A stretch of 64,000 nucleotides of DNA from Camelus ferus (Eukaryota): NCBI RefSeq assembly GCF_009834535.1, contig NC_045697.1, positions 65,288,001-65,352,000 on the forward strand, written 5' to 3'. The notes under the pieces were generated by a model. It was not told the DNA's origin. It ran no database searches and saw nothing but the letters and a program-made list of their open reading frames with translations. The first letter of the stretch is position 1, and each line of letters starts with the position of its first letter. Shown here one piece after another: positions 1-14,480 of the stretch. The translations under genes and the position numbers were made by a program.

Positions 1-1039
1 ATGCCAGTTTACAGATTGAGACCGACATTATGCCATGGAATCAGGAACCCTTCTTGTGTGACTGCCTCCTCCTACCCCTCATCCCATACTGTTCTGTAAT
101 TACTGAGTTAGCTGTCTTCACCTGTAGACTCTAAATTCATCAAACAGGAGTTTGGGTTTGTTTACTGTACCTGGCATATAGTAGGGCCTCGATGTATTCT
201 GGCTAAATGAGAGATGCATGAGTGATGAAAAACCAAGCCCAGGACAAGGAAGGTAATTTAGAAAAGAAAATAAATGGAAAAACATTAGACAATATGGATG
301 GCTCAACAGAAATTATAAACAGGCAGAATAAATAGTTCTTAAGGGCAAGATTTTTGGGCAGAGATAAACCTGGTATGATTCTACTCCCATGAGAGAGGAG
401 AACAAATCTAACAGGCTGAGATGACTAAGAATTGCAGCACTGAGTAGTGGCATGAGAAAAGTCTCTAAGCTTTATTATAAAACAAATTAAACTCAGAATG
501 TAACAAGTCTTATTCTTGGGAATAATTTTTTAAATATAGCTGAGATGATCACAAAATATGCAGTTTAAAAAAAAATTAGGAACAAAACTGGAACCTTTAA
601 AAATGTATGTTTCTCTGATTTTGCCCTCCCTAGATTAGTTTAGAAATAAGGTTAGAGAGAAGTCAGATTTATGATACTCTATGTTGACTTTAATAATGTC
701 AAAAGGATTGTAGGGGAGAAAATATTGGTTATCCTTGATTAAGGAATCTAGCTTTGGGAGCAAAGTGAAGAAAAACTGCTTTATTTTTCCCATTAAGTTT
801 TCAGTTTGAGTTTTAGAAAAACACTTAGACAGAAAAGACTGAGTGACTTTTGTTTCCACTGTCAGAACACAAAGACTTAAATGACAGAGTAAACTGAGGT
901 AGCTTTGACTGCTGTGCTCTAATTCACATGTACCTCCGATGATGATGTGTTCGGGGAATTAACTTATCTGGAAAGCAGATGTAGAGCTTTTTTCCTAGGG
1001 AGGCAAAATTACACGCGTTTAGAGTATAGGCAGTGCTAT

Positions 1040-1210
1040 CTCACACACCATCATTCAAATCCTTGCTTAGCAGAAGACCTGGACAAGTTTTTTCAACTTC
1101 TCTGAAGGCTGTTTCTTCCTCATGTAATTGTTGGGATGGTTAAATGAAGTAGTTCCCAAAAAGGGCTTCACACAGTGCCTGATACACAGCAAGTACAAAG
1201 AACTATAAGC
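1040..1210 (+). mobile_element. MIR SINE
   Basis: ttcaaatcc..gacctggacaagtt..aacttctctgaa..gtttcttcctc..acagtgcctgatacacagcaagt. Confidence 0.65.
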
Positions 1211-2299
1211 CATTTTGTTTTAGCTATTTTTAGAATTATCTGTGAAGATACTGGTCATGCAGATCTGCATCAACTGTTAGTCCTAGGGCTTGACCACTTA
1301 TTACAGTCAGAGGAGTCAGGGAGAAAAAGGAGAGGGCCACAGTTAGTAGGTTGTAGTCTTCTATAAATTCTTACTGCAAGGAGAAGGCAAGACCAAGAGC
1401 AGGGGAAGAAGCACTGAATATAGTCAATGAGAAGCTTTTTAAGTAGAGTGAGGGACCACTGAGGTTATAATCAGTGAATCTAAGACCTAGAGGAGAAGAG
1501 ATTCTGGAATCTTCTTCATCATTTACCTCTCCCCACTTTTCTCTTGGGTGTCTTACAGCAGTGAAACTGGGGAAGTGACAAAGAAGGAACTGTTGATGGC
1601 AGAGAAACAGAACTGGGAAATGTGGTGTGCCTGTTAAATGATTTCCAAGAGAACTTGCCTTAAGAGCACAGCTCCAGTGGAAAAGGTGTGAAGCAGATTC
1701 TTGTAGTTTTGTGCAGACCCCTCTCTCTCGGTTTCTGCTCTTTCCTCACAGAGCTGAGACCTACTAACTAATGGTAGTAGCCTAATATGAATGAGTATTC
1801 CACAATTAAATGACCTTCTTTAATTAAAAAATAATGTGTTGATAGGAGGCAGTTGTTAAAACTTGGAAAATTGCTAGATACTCAAAACTGCCTATTAGAA
1901 CCACAAACAGGACGCAGAACCTTAAATACTAAAAATTAGGGGACTATCATTTACATTTCCTCAACCAATATTGCATTGAATGTCTGTACTGTTATAATAC
2001 TAGGAGTGGAGGATACCAGCAAAGTAAAGGTGATTTTATCTTAAAGTGCTAAAACATATGGTATAGGCAATTACAAAATAGGATAGTATGCAGTAAAATG
2101 CTAATTGTATCTTTTAGGTGAAAAGAGGAAATGAAAGGTGAGTGAGATGCATACAGGCTACTGTCTTCATGACTGTCCACGCTGAAGGAGAGAGAATTGG
2201 AGTTGGGCTTTAAACACTAACATAGATGAATAAAGATAGACAGAAAAATTATAGTGGAGTGGGATTTGTTAGCTAAATATTTTAATGCCAATCTGTTGC

Positions 2300-3186
2300 T
2301 TCTTTTTTAAACTTTTTGTTTTTTACTTACTCAGTTTTTATTAAGGTATAGTTGATTTATAATATTGTATTAATTTCAGATGTACAATGTCTGAAACATA
2401 TTGATTCACAATTTTTAAAGGTTATGTTCCATTTATAGTTATCATAAAATATTAGCTATATTCCCTGTGCTGTATAATATATCCTTTTGGCTTATTTGTT
2501 TTATACATAATAGTTTGTAACTCTTAATCCCTTACCCCTATTCAGTATCTTCTCCCTTCCTTCTCCCCAGTGGTAACTACTAACTTGTTCTCTATATCTG
2601 TGAGTCTGTTCTGCTTTATTATACGTATTCTTTTGCTTTATTTTTGAGATTCTGAGTATAAATGATATCATATAGTATTTGTCTTTCTCTGACTTATCTC
2701 ACTAAGCATAATACTTTCCCAGTCTATCCATGTTATTGAAGATGGTGAAATTTCATTCTTTTTTATGGCTAAGTAGCTTTCTACTTTGTATTACACACAT
2801 ACATACACACCACATCTTCTTTATCCTTTTATCTGTTGATGGACACTTAGGTTGCTTTCATATCTTGGCTGTTGTAAGTAATGCTGCCATGAACATTGGG
2901 TTGCATATATATTTTCAAACTAATGTTTTTGCTTTCTTCAGAAATATACACAGTTCTATTTTTAGTCTTTTGAGGAACCTCTACTGTTTTCCATAGTAGC
3001 TACACCAATTTACATTCCCACCAACAATATACAAGGGTTCCTTTTTCTCCACATCCTTGCCAACATTTGTTATTTGTGATCTCTTTGATGATAGCTGTTC
3101 TGATAGGTGTGAGGTGGTATCTCATTGCAGTATTGATTTGCATTTCTCTGATGATTCATGATGCAGACACAAGAAAAGATGCTCAA
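2300..3186 (-). mobile_element. 5'-truncated L1 (3'UTR plus end of ORF2) with a 23-bp terminal inversion
   Basis: T-rich tail, then tttattaaggtatagttgatttataatattg (antisense 3' end) and antisense ORF2 C-terminus (ttacattcccaccaacaa, ggtgtgaggtggtatctcattg). Imperfect TSD: caatctgttgcttctt / caatctactgtgtttctt. Confidence 0.9.
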
Positions 3187-4479
3187 TCTACTGTGTTTCT
3201 TATGCTGCAGACTCTGGAAGGCTAACAATACACCATACCCCCAGACTCCTAAGCTAAGGTGGGAGGAAGGAGTTAAAGCACCTGGTTTGCTATCCTTTCA
3301 CTCCCTTCACTAGAACACATCTTGGGGAAAGAAAAGGCAAGTAACCAGGTGTTTCCTGCCAACTCTGCCTCCAGGTAAGGGTATGTGCTGGGAACAACAG
3401 GAAAAATCCTTCCCTCTGAAATGCTCTCAGCATGATGTCCTGGCTATGGATCCTCTACCTCTAACTGCATCTGTATGGCCTGGCAATCTGCAAAGAATAG
3501 AACTTTCTGGGATATAAAAAGAAGAAAAGTTTCAGAACTTAAACATTCACTGCAGGATGTGGATCCCTGCAGGCCTTTACTCATCTTTCTTACCTTATCT
3601 GTTCTGGCCAGAGGCGCTTGTCTGACACGGGGAGCCGCTCTTGGTGTTCAGTTCTTGCCCTGCTTGGTCTGAGGCATTTCATTGCCTGTATCCTTAAAAT
3701 TATTACCAGTTTACTACTGAGTACTGTCTCTGATTCATGTGGGTCTGATTTGGCAGTCCAATTCAGTGTATTAGCTAATAGAGTGTTAGATAAGTTGGAT
3801 TCCACTAAACAGATGCTCTTTTACGAGACTTGAATTTGGAATTCAGATAAATTGAGAGAGGGGCAGAGCTTTGACAACATCTATTCACCACTGCGAATAA
3901 TATGAGCAAAGTGTGTGTATGTGTGTGCGTGGTAGGGGCATAAATCATGGATGCATTTCATAAGAGGCACAATAAAATTAGAGCAAGAAGCGAAAATAAC
4001 ATTAAGAAGGGGATGTAAAGTTTGCCTGAAGTCTAACTTTTTCTGAGACACAGCCAGCAATTACTGTTTTTCATTACTTTAAATGAAATTCTATGATATA
4101 CTTGAATTGTTTCAATGACAAAGATTCATACTTTAGAATCACCTGATTCCTCTTTTGATTGCTATAATTGTTAAACACTTATATTGATATAAATCTGTCT
4201 CCAAACAGATTCCATCCTTCAGCCCACTCCTTGATGCTACTTTTTGTTTTTATGTAGGGTGTTTTAAGACAGCCATCAAATCCATCTGTGTCTGCTGGTC
4301 TCTTGGGTTTTGTTTTTTCAAGTTTGTCTGTCATTCTTCATGACATTGTTTAAAGTCCATTTTCCATCCTGAGTGCTCTTCTCTGAATGTGTTCACTGTA
4401 ATGTAGGCTCCTCTTTTGAAAATAGTTCCAGGTTTTTCTGCAACAATACCACCACCAACAGTAGAAATGGAAGTGAAGG

Positions 4480-4915
4480 GAATAAACAAGAGAGACAGAG
4501 GAAAAGCCTATAGATTAAAACAGAGTTTTAAAAATCTAACACATAACAAAGCACACACATTATTTGAATACTGATTCAAACAGATGAGCTGGAAAAGTTA
4601 ATTTATGTGAGTTATGAGTTATCTGAAAATTTGATGATTGAAGGAATTATTAACTATAGGTATGATTTTGATATCAGGATTATGTTTTAAAACATAATTA
4701 TATTTTGGAAATGACTTCTGAAAAATTTATGGATGAAACATGATGATATCTGGGATTTGTTTCAAAGTATTTCATGGTGGTGAGTGCAGGAGTTATATTC
4801 ACATAGTCGAGATAGCCATGAGTAGATATTTGGTGAAGCTGCATGAGAAATACATGGATACTTAGTTAATATTCAGGTAACTTTTGTCAATATTTGAAAT
4901 TCACCATTCTGAAAA
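4480..4915 (+). mobile_element. Old L1 (L1MC/ME-like) 3' end fragment
   Basis: Motifs gatatctgggatttgtttcaaa, tgaagctg..tacatgg and atatttgaaattcacc are typical of old L1M 3'UTRs. Confidence 0.6.
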
Positions 4916-7309
4916 GCATCATTCAGAAGTTTGGGATTAAATTAAGTTTCATAAGAACCATTTTCTTCAGTCAATTTTATTATTATTAGCCATGCCTTAC
5001 TTCAAGAAACCATCCCATGAACGTATGTGTGTGTAATTAGCCAGCCAAGAGAGTGAACAGACAAATAGAGAGGCAAAAAAGTGATCACTACCCGCAGGAT
5101 GTGCTATTGCTGATGAGTCATGGAATTCAGAAGTTAATTTATTTACACAATAATACATTACAAACATCTCTTTTAAAAATTAATCTAAAAAATGGCAATT
5201 AGAGTGACTCTATTTTGCTAGTTCTTTGCTATTTGCAAAGAAAAATAGATTCTTCAGCTTAAACTTAGGATCTTACAGAGAAAGTGGGAAAGAAGGAGAG
5301 AAATATATGACTTGATATACTCATCTTTTAAGAAGTCAGATTTTATGTAAATGCTCTTACAAGTATGATCACCAGGGCTATTTCTTAAATCAACACATTT
5401 TATGGTATGAAATGTGGTCTGTTGTACCCTGTGAAAGCTGCTTTCATTTGGCTCTGAGTAAAAGGACTCTGGAGGGTAACAATTATGAAAATAAAAAGCC
5501 CATATTATTTCATTTATCTTTTTAGTTCTAGGTCACTTTTCCAAGAACAAAAACATAGTATCGCTTAAATACTCCTGCAGATGACGGTCAGACCATTCAG
5601 TGGCCGCAAGTACTATTTTCTGCAAAATACCCAATCAATACAAAGAACATGTATTCATTCTTTTCAGGTTATATGGTTTTCTCAAGTGGCTTTCTTCATT
5701 ACAAGGAAAAATACACACAGACACACACACAGAGTCCTAAAATTTACTAAGTCTGTAAAAAATGTAGAAAAGATTTATTGTCTGCTTTCTGAGCCACTAA
5801 CCAGAAATATATGTCTTTATTATAATTTCACCCCCAGTTGAAATATGTCAATTATTTTGAAAAATGTTTCTAATACCTATATTCCTCTGAAATGCATGTA
5901 AAGATAACTATATACAACTTAAGAATTGGACAAATGGACTCATAAATATGATATTCACAGTCTTACCAAGACTTTTAGTGTCAAGTGACTTCCTCATTTT
6001 CTTGTTTAAATAACAAATTCACTTCAGTATTTTCAATATTAATTACTTTATATTTTCTCAGAAAGAATCAGATACAGGCAAATGCTAAATTTAGGAATAT
6101 TATAGACAATAGCACTCTAAAAATGTAATGTTATTTCAAGTGATAAAATTTTTCAATAGACTTTTAAGTAACTAATATAATTTTTCAATAATTTATGCCA
6201 CAAAAGCATTTTATCAGTGTGTGTATATAAATGTATATATATATAAAACTTGTATTTATCAGTGTATATATATAACAATTATTTATATATTAAAGAGCAA
6301 GCATCATTTAAAGCATCTGGTATATCACAGAAGCAGAGAAGAGTTACTTTTCAGTGGTTGGATGTGTAGTCAATACATTACAAGATTTAGGTTGATAAAA
6401 CCTTTTATATGCTAAAAGCTGAGTGTGCCTGCTTGTGCCTAATAGTTTATTGTAGCTTGAGCTTCTCATACATTTTCAAAGGAAAAATGGATTTTGTTAC
6501 TCTACATCTACAGGCAAAAATTTCAGCTAAGTATAATCACAGGGATCAAGGAAAAAAATCCAGTCCAGTCTGTTCCTGAGCTATCTGTAACACTTCTCAT
6601 GGAAGGACTCAAATGATTTTGAATGGTTTTTGTAAATGCATAATATCTCACCATATTTAAAAGTGTTTAAATCTGTACTGTAACATAGATTTAACTTGAA
6701 AAGGAAAACAGTAAATTTCTATTACGTTATTTTAAATATTATATGTAATGGAGTATCATATGTATGGAAGCCAGTTTTACTTCTTGGCACTTTTCAACTA
6801 CCTTTAAATATTATACCGTACAAATTCATGGTTTTTAAAAGTTTAGAGTTTTTAACATGTATTATCTAGTTTAATCCTAGATGGGAACCTTGTATGTTTA
6901 TCTGCAATAATTTGACTTAAAGGAAAGAAAGCCTCACATAACCTACTTATTTATTATCATGAATCATGGAATCCAGTTGCAAGAATGTCAGTGAAATCAC
7001 TGGTCATCCGGTGTTCCTCTGGGTTTGGGTTCGCATCATACCTCTGTATCTGTTTCATTCTTTTTTCTGTTGGTATATAAGTTGTTTTCCCTAAAAGACA
7101 CTTCATTCCTGCTTCACCATAATACCAATTTTATTTTAGTGTTTTGTTTTGGTGGCACTGATTGTGACCCAAAATCTCTATGTCAAACTCTGGTGTCAAC
7201 TAGGACCTGTGTCTGTGTCATAAATCCAGTGCCCAGAAGAGTCTGATTGGCTCAGCTTTTGGCAATTATTTTCAGCTTGCATTGCTCCTCTGAAATTAGT
7301 CTTAGATAT

Positions 7310-8240
7310 TTAATTGACCATTGCATACCTCCACTTTGATGTCTAATAGGCTTTAAAATGTAAAATGTCCAAAAATCAAGTGTCTGATTTTCCTTGGGGT
7401 CATGTTTGATTCATCTCTGTTCTTGATATGTCTTTTTGATGGCCATCTCCGACAGTCTCCTTCATGTATGCCCATATCCAGTCCAATAACAAATCCACTT
7501 AGCTTTACTTCCCAATACCATCTAGAATGTGATGACTGATCAGTCCTTCAGTCACTATCATCCAAGTCAAACCACCATGTTTTCTTGCCTGGATTATTCA
7601 TCTCTGCATTTGCCCATGCTCCCTATAGTCTTTTCTCAGTACAGAAAGTAGAATCATCTTTTAAAAAGTTAAGTTAGATCATTTCATTTCTCTAGTCAGG
7701 TTTCCTATCTAACTTCTATTAAAATCAAAATTTATTTACAACATTCTGCAACGTTCTGTATTATCTGTACCCCAGCCATTACACTCTGATCATAAAAGAT
7801 TTACTCTTTTATCTTGTTTACTTGGCTCCAGCGACACTAACTTTGAGCTGTTCTTCACACGAGAGAATGTTGGGTACATTCTCAACTGTGTGGTTCTTCC
7901 TGCTGACTTATATGTTCTTCCTGGATTCATCTGTGTGCCTCACTCTCTTGTTTCCTCCAAGTCTTTGCTTAAATGTCATCTTCTCAGGGAGGACTTTCCC
8001 GACCACTACATTTATAATTATGGTTTCTCTGCCAAATTTTCTAAGCTTGCTCTGTGATTAAAATTTCTCCATAGCACTTATCTTCATGTGGATATTGTAT
8101 ATATTTTTCTATGTGTTAATTTTATCTATCTTCTGAACATCTCACTAGAATGTAAGCTCTGTGAACACATTTTTTTTTTTTTTTTTTTTTGCCAGTTGTG
8201 TTCTAAAACACTGCCTGGTAAATAAATATTTGTTGAAAGA
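7310..8240 (+). mobile_element. L2 LINE 3' region
   Basis: Ends with the L2-type terminus cactagaatgtaagctctgtga...cactgcctgg..aataaatatttgttgaa. Contains a T21 run at 8170-8190. Confidence 0.8.
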
Positions 8241-9989
8241 TTATACTTTTCACCTCAGATCAGATCAATCAAGGCCTATCTGAAGGGAGGCTTAGGTAAG
8301 AGCAGGTTTACAATGATGGGGTGTCAGGGCAGAAGAAAATAATTAGTATGTTTCATACAGGCATATATTGTCACCTAATTCCAAAATAAAAGAAGCAGTG
8401 CTCAGTACCACCCGGTGACTTGCTCAGGGTTATATAACTAATAGTAGTAGAAAGGGAATTGAAATTATGTGCTGCACAATCTGGCTCATAGCTTTCAGTG
8501 GTCACATAGCCATAGTTTCGCATGACCTGAGGTGTGTTAGGAAAGAATTCTGTGTTATCTCATTTACATAGTTCTGAAATTGAATTGTAATTGGAAAATT
8601 ACTAGATTCTCATTTAATTATGTCTTGGTGATTTACCTCCCAGCAGAGTATTTAAGGTCATATGCATTGTCTGGCTACTTAGTGACACTATTAATACACA
8701 TTTGGGCCAAAGTGAGCTGAGATATCTCTTCATGACCTCAGGTCAGTAGCTTTTCTCTTCAGTTTAGAAATTCAAAAAACATATACCATAAGAGCTTTTC
8801 AACTTAAATTCTCCTGAAGTTTAACTTGCAGCTACCATGCTTTTAAACTTTGTGGTATTCACAGGGCCCATTTAATATCTGGTGCTCCTTTCCCATTGAT
8901 ACTGATAGGGTGAGGCTGGGAACATTTACCATAGGAGACATCTCTGATGAAAGTAATGAGTTACTTCTGGAAAAATATATCTAATAAAAAACATAAATGA
9001 ACTCATAGGCTTGTGAATGGATTAATCCCAAAATAAATTTTAAAGAAGGTTTGTAGCTATACTGCAGAAAGCAGACTGACACTTACAAGAAACTAAGGTA
9101 AGATAAAAGGAAACTTTAATTGCAGCAGGACCAAATGAGTCCCTGAAGAGTTAATTCAGATAGCTAAAGTTTAGGGGAAATAAAGTTTAGGGAAAATTAG
9201 ATTGAATATTTGAATTATATCTTAAAAAATACATTACTTTATGCTTATTTTTTTCAGTTCAGTGATTTACTACTGCTCTGCCAAATTTCTTGTAAGAAAG
9301 ATCACTAATTATAAATGAGGCATATTTCATGCAGAAAGTATTATTTTTCTATTCTTAAGAACATATTTTATATCAATGGCTCTATCAAAAAGATAGAAGG
9401 AAAACTGTATTGCCCTAAAAATTAAGGCATAATTTTCTTATAAACATATGGATATGCTGGTTAGAACCATTGATTTTCTTGATGTCTTTAGGAAACTTCT
9501 TATTAAATTAATCTTGTGGATTTCCTTTTTCCAGATTTCAAGGTCAGATTCAAGAGAAGCTTGTCGATTTATATTACAGTGAAAAAAAAAAGCCTCTTCT
9601 CTTATTTTTAAGCACATACTGTGTGTTTGGAACTGAGGACTTGTTATAGAGCATTTTGGGGACAATAGTAGTATATTAAAAGCTGGGGAGTCTTTATCTT
9701 CTTTCTTAAGAGTTGAAATTTAATTTCCCAGCTCATTTTATCTATATTTACCTCCTTCCCTCCAACCCAGGAAAAAAGGAAGGAAGGAAAGAAGGAAGAC
9801 AAAAAAATGGCAATTAAGAAAGGCAGACCCCAAGCTTACTACAGCCTTTAAACTGAGAAGTTTAGAACGGATGATAAAATATAGAGCAACATGTTAGTAT
9901 CTTACATAAAAAACCACAACCAACCTATCATCGTACATTCACTTATATAAAATTGGCCTTATTCAACTTACTCTAGAATTTCTGAATAA

Positions 9990-11065
9990 AAATTTTATGT
10001 TGAAGTAATTGTATATTCACATGTAGTTGTAAGAAATAATTCAGAGTAATCTAGTATACCCTTCACCCTGTTTCCCCCAGTAGTGACATCTTGCATAACT
10101 ATAGTAAAATATACAACTAAAAAAATGACATTGATACAATCTATCAACCTTATTCAGATTTCACCAGTTTTACATACACTAATTGTGTGTGCGTCTTTGT
10201 ATATTTATTTAATCAGTGCATTTATTACATGCATAGATTCATATGACCACCAAGGAGAGAGAACAGTTCCATCAGAAGGATACTTTGTGCCACTCTATTA
10301 TCACCCTCCCTCACACTACCCTAACTCCTGGAAACCACTAATGTTCTCCATCTCTGTAATTTTATCACTTCAATAATAATATATAAATGGAATCATACAG
10401 TATGTGATCTTTTGAGATTGGCTTTTTCTGTATTCAGCATAATTCTCTGAAGATCCATCCAAGTTGTTCTGTGGCCGAGTAGAAGCCATGGTGCTATGGA
10501 CTGAATTGTCCTCCACAAAATTCCTATGTTGAAGCTCACCAAAGTGACTGTATCTGGAAATATGGTCTTTCTGAGACAGTTAAGGTTAAATTAGGTTGTA
10601 AGGATCAGGCTCTAATTCAGTAGGTCTGTGGCCTTATAAGAAGGGGAAGGGACAGAGTGATCTCTCATTTTTCTCTCTGCAATGAGAGGATATAGTGAGA
10701 AATCAGCCAGGAAGAGCTCTTCCCAGAACCTAGCCATGTTCCCACCCTGATCTCAGCCTCCAGAATTGAGAGAAAATAATTTCTGTTGTTTATAAGGCAC
10801 CCAGTCTATAGTATTTTGTCACAGCAGCCCAAGCTGGCTAATACACATGGTATGGATGTATCAGTTTAGTTAATCCAGGACCTCTGATTGCTTCTAGTTT
10901 GGGGCTATTGAGAATAAAACTGCTATAAACATTCATGTACAGGTTTTTGTGTGACATAAGTCTTATTTAGACATTCTGATAGCTGTAGAGTGGTATCTTA
11001 TTGTGGTTTAAATTTACATTTCCCTAATGGCTAGTGATACTGAACATCTTTTCATGTGGGCCTTA
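9990..11065 (-). mobile_element. L1MB-like 3' fragment interrupted by an MLT1 LTR
   Basis: Antisense L1 3'UTR/ORF2 motifs: aaatggaatcatacagtatgtg, ctgctataaacattcatgtacaggtttttgtgtg, tgaacatcttttcatgtg. Confidence 0.85.
10492..10845 (+). mobile_element. MaLR solo LTR (MLT1A/B-like)
   Basis: Starts TGCTATGGACTGAATTG and ends GCTAATACA. Exact 5-bp TSD CATGG at 10487-10491 and 10846-10850. Confidence 0.9.
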
Positions 11066-14000
11066 CTAGATTTTTTAAAACTATATTGAGCTATATTTTA
11101 AAAGTCTTGCAGACTTTTTTTTTTTTTCAAAGACATACACTCAGCACCAAAAAGTTTGATCAAGGGGTTTATGTTATAGGGGAAAACGTTTTTACTCCTT
11201 AAAGTTCAATTTTTATACATAAAACTTCATGAAATTAAAATCTAGATTGTTTTAGGCTCAAAGAAAATAGAATAGATAACTCGAAACTGTGACTGTCACT
11301 AATCATTTTTATTTGCTTTTGAAGTCACTTTTTATATGTTTTTGGAAATATGTTATCAATGTAACAATTTAACTGAAGCATTGCCATTTTGTAAAGTCTT
11401 CTTTAGGAGGTGGGAAGCTGCCCCAGCCCCTCCTCTAATCCTGCAAAGAACAAAAAGCTTTTTAGGCTGACACTCAGCATCTGCATTAGGAATGTTCCTC
11501 TTTCTCAGACGGTCCTCAGAAATCTTGAATTACAGCTTTGACTTTCAGATGTTTTCCTAGGTACCTGAAAAGTAAGAGTTAATAGCAGCCATAATAATGA
11601 GTTGCGTAGAAGTAAGCTGTAATTAATTATTAAATAATTAACAATTAATAAGCAAATGAGTATTTTAAGTAGAATATGTGCTGCCAATATGGGAAATTGA
11701 TAACCACGACCTTAATTAAAGAGAAAAATCTAAACACTGTCAGTTAACTTGAAAGAAATATTTTCCAAATAAGCTGCAAATTAGATAATTAAGAATTGAT
11801 AGTGATAAGACGTTTTTCCTCACTAATCTCATTTTGTTTGCCTCCTCTTATGTTGCTAAGCCTAAAGTAAAACAATATCCAAGAGCATAAATTAAAAGAA
11901 TTAAACCCCTTTAAATTTTTCAGGAATGCTAGTTTATTCTGACTTGTAAACAGAGTCTCATCAAATAAAAATAAAACATGAATTTAAAATCTTCCATTTT
12001 ATATTTCTGATAGTAGCATGGAGGAATGGTATGTGTCCTATCAATATAGACTTCTAGAGGCAGAATTAGGGCAGCGAGTCTGTTAAAGCTTCTAGTACAT
12101 TTAGGGTGTAACCATAACGTATCTAACAAAATCACTGATATTTTGACAGTAACATTTCATAGAAAAATTGAGTTTTTCTGAGTATTGTTTTTGGTAATTG
12201 AGGGACAGTGGTACATGTTTTAACTATTACAGTCCCTTTTTATTGTTTGTAGACTCTCTTGGCAGAAGCGCAATCAAATCCAGAATTCTCCATCCCATTG
12301 TAATTTTGCCTCTAAGTTTATGGGGTCTCTGAATTTGAAATATCTCATTTGTGTGTAAATTGACTAAACAATGACAACACAAAAATAACAAATACTTACT
12401 GATAGCCTAACATGGCCCTGGAGGCTGCTTTTAGTCCTTTTCAGTGTGGTAGATTAATCCTTCAATCCTCACAACCATCTCTGAGAAACATTCTGTGGAT
12501 GAAGACATTGAGGCTTAGAGTCATTGCTGAAGGTCACAGAGTAAAGATGTCAAGATCTAAACCAAAGTTTATCTGGTTCTAGAGCAAAGGTATTCCTCAT
12601 TTTGTCATATTAGGTTTTCATAGTCCTTCAGAAATAAGAATCTAAATTAAATATTAATAGAAAAGCATTCATTGAGTACTGTAGTTTCAGCATATAAATA
12701 ACCTCAGGGAAAAATTAATTCTAGAGCATATTTCATCACCAACCAACAAGTACATAGAATCTGCCAAATTAAAACTAGATGGTCAAATTATTTTTCTCTT
12801 AAAGTTTTATCATGTTATCCATTTAAAATTGTCCTTGATGCTTTATAATAAAAAAGGATTTTTTTAACCAACAACTAACTAGTAGTTTTAGCAACTGCCA
12901 ACAATTTAAATGTCCAGCTATTTGTAGTGATTTATTAATTTTTTTACAAGTAACTGCCATATCAGTCTTTTACCCTTAAAGTGTATAAAAGACCATAATT
13001 TTACTTTTAAAAAAATGTTTGTTTTTTAAAATACTAAATTTTCTATTCTGAAGTCATTTAACAAAAGCTATCTTCTATTGAAAAAATATAACCCTTCCTA
13101 AAAACTCTGTCCATCCAAAGCTTCTATCAGAGCTCCCTCCTTGCTCACTGTCCTTCCTCCCTGTCACTTCCCTTTCAATTTTCAACTCACTGCAGTCTGG
13201 CTCCACTCCCCACTGCCCAGGCTGCCTCAGGCTTGCCATGGTCAGTGGACAGTTTAAGTCCTCATCTTGCATTCTCTGGTCCTCTAGTACTGAGGATCAT
13301 TTGGTATACTTGATATTGACATTGTTTTCCTTTTAGAAATTTCAGGATGGAAATTTATTTTAACTTCTATAGTGAAAAGAGAAGGGGAGAGAGAGAAAGG
13401 GAGTCAGAGTCAGTCCCCTGTGTGCGTGTGTGTGCTCGCGCGTGCACTGAGTCATTTTGGGTAACAAATTTTAAGAAAAAGTTTTCTTCATGTTATTAAC
13501 TAGTAAGCACTACCTGCCTAGAACTTTATTACATCATTTTTGATTCTTACGTTCTTATTTCTATTAAGTGTCTGTGAGGGTTTGTGGTGGTAGCCCAAAG
13601 TAACAAATATATTGGTTACTGATTTCAGTACCACTATGTGTAAGATTGCTGGCCCTTTTATTTAAACATATGTCAACTGTTTTGCCCTTTAGACATATGA
13701 AAATGAATTGGGGGAGGGGCACTATAAAACAGATCAGGGAGAAACACGATGGGTTTAGTAAAATTTAGCACTTTAACAAGGGCTTGGGAAGTGCTAGATC
13801 TGAGCTGGAAATTCTGTTGAGGCAAATAGTGAAGAAACAAATCTTTTGTTCAGTTTTAAATTGCTGGCTTTATAACACTTTTTGAGGCATAAATCAATTT
13901 GATATTTAATTCACAGACACTGCTGGACAGCACAGCAATTGAAGCCAGGGTAGATGTAAGTTAAATCTAGTATTTTTTTTTCTTCATAGTAACTATATCT

Positions 14001-14277
14001 TTTATAGAAAGGTCAGCGATAACAGTTTCATTTTTAAACTGTAATATAGAAGATAAAAAAAAAACAGATGAATATCTGCAGATGTCACTTTGCTTGTTCA
14101 TGCTTTGCTTCAAAGTCTGGGAGAGTGGGAAGTATTATGGCTTTTGAAAATCACTTGGATGATTTTGGACTAAAAGTGTCCAGTATATTTAAGCACCCAA
14201 TGATGAATTGTTTATCTCAAAGAAAATCATATGCAGAACTCTAGCACATGAAATAAATATAAAAACTAAATTCTGTT

Positions 14278-14480
14278 ACATGCTTACAATGAGCCAGGCA
14301 CTGTTCTAAGTACTTTGTACATATTATCTCATTTAATCATCATAACAACCTAATATGGTAGAAAACTATTATGATGCCTAACTGATAGACAAGGAATTTG
14401 AAGCTTAAAGGAATTAAGCTTGTAGTAACTTAACTAAGGAGTCATAGACAGTAAGTAGTAGATTTAGGTTTAATTCCGAA
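14278..14480 (-). mobile_element. MIR SINE
   Basis: tgcttacaatgagccaggcactgttctaagtactttgtacatattatctcatttaatcatcataacaacc. Confidence 0.8.

Noticed and set aside
13380..13447. GA tract followed by alternating purine-pyrimidine (Z-DNA-like) sequence
   Set aside because: Short, interrupted simple sequence that is common in mammalian introns.
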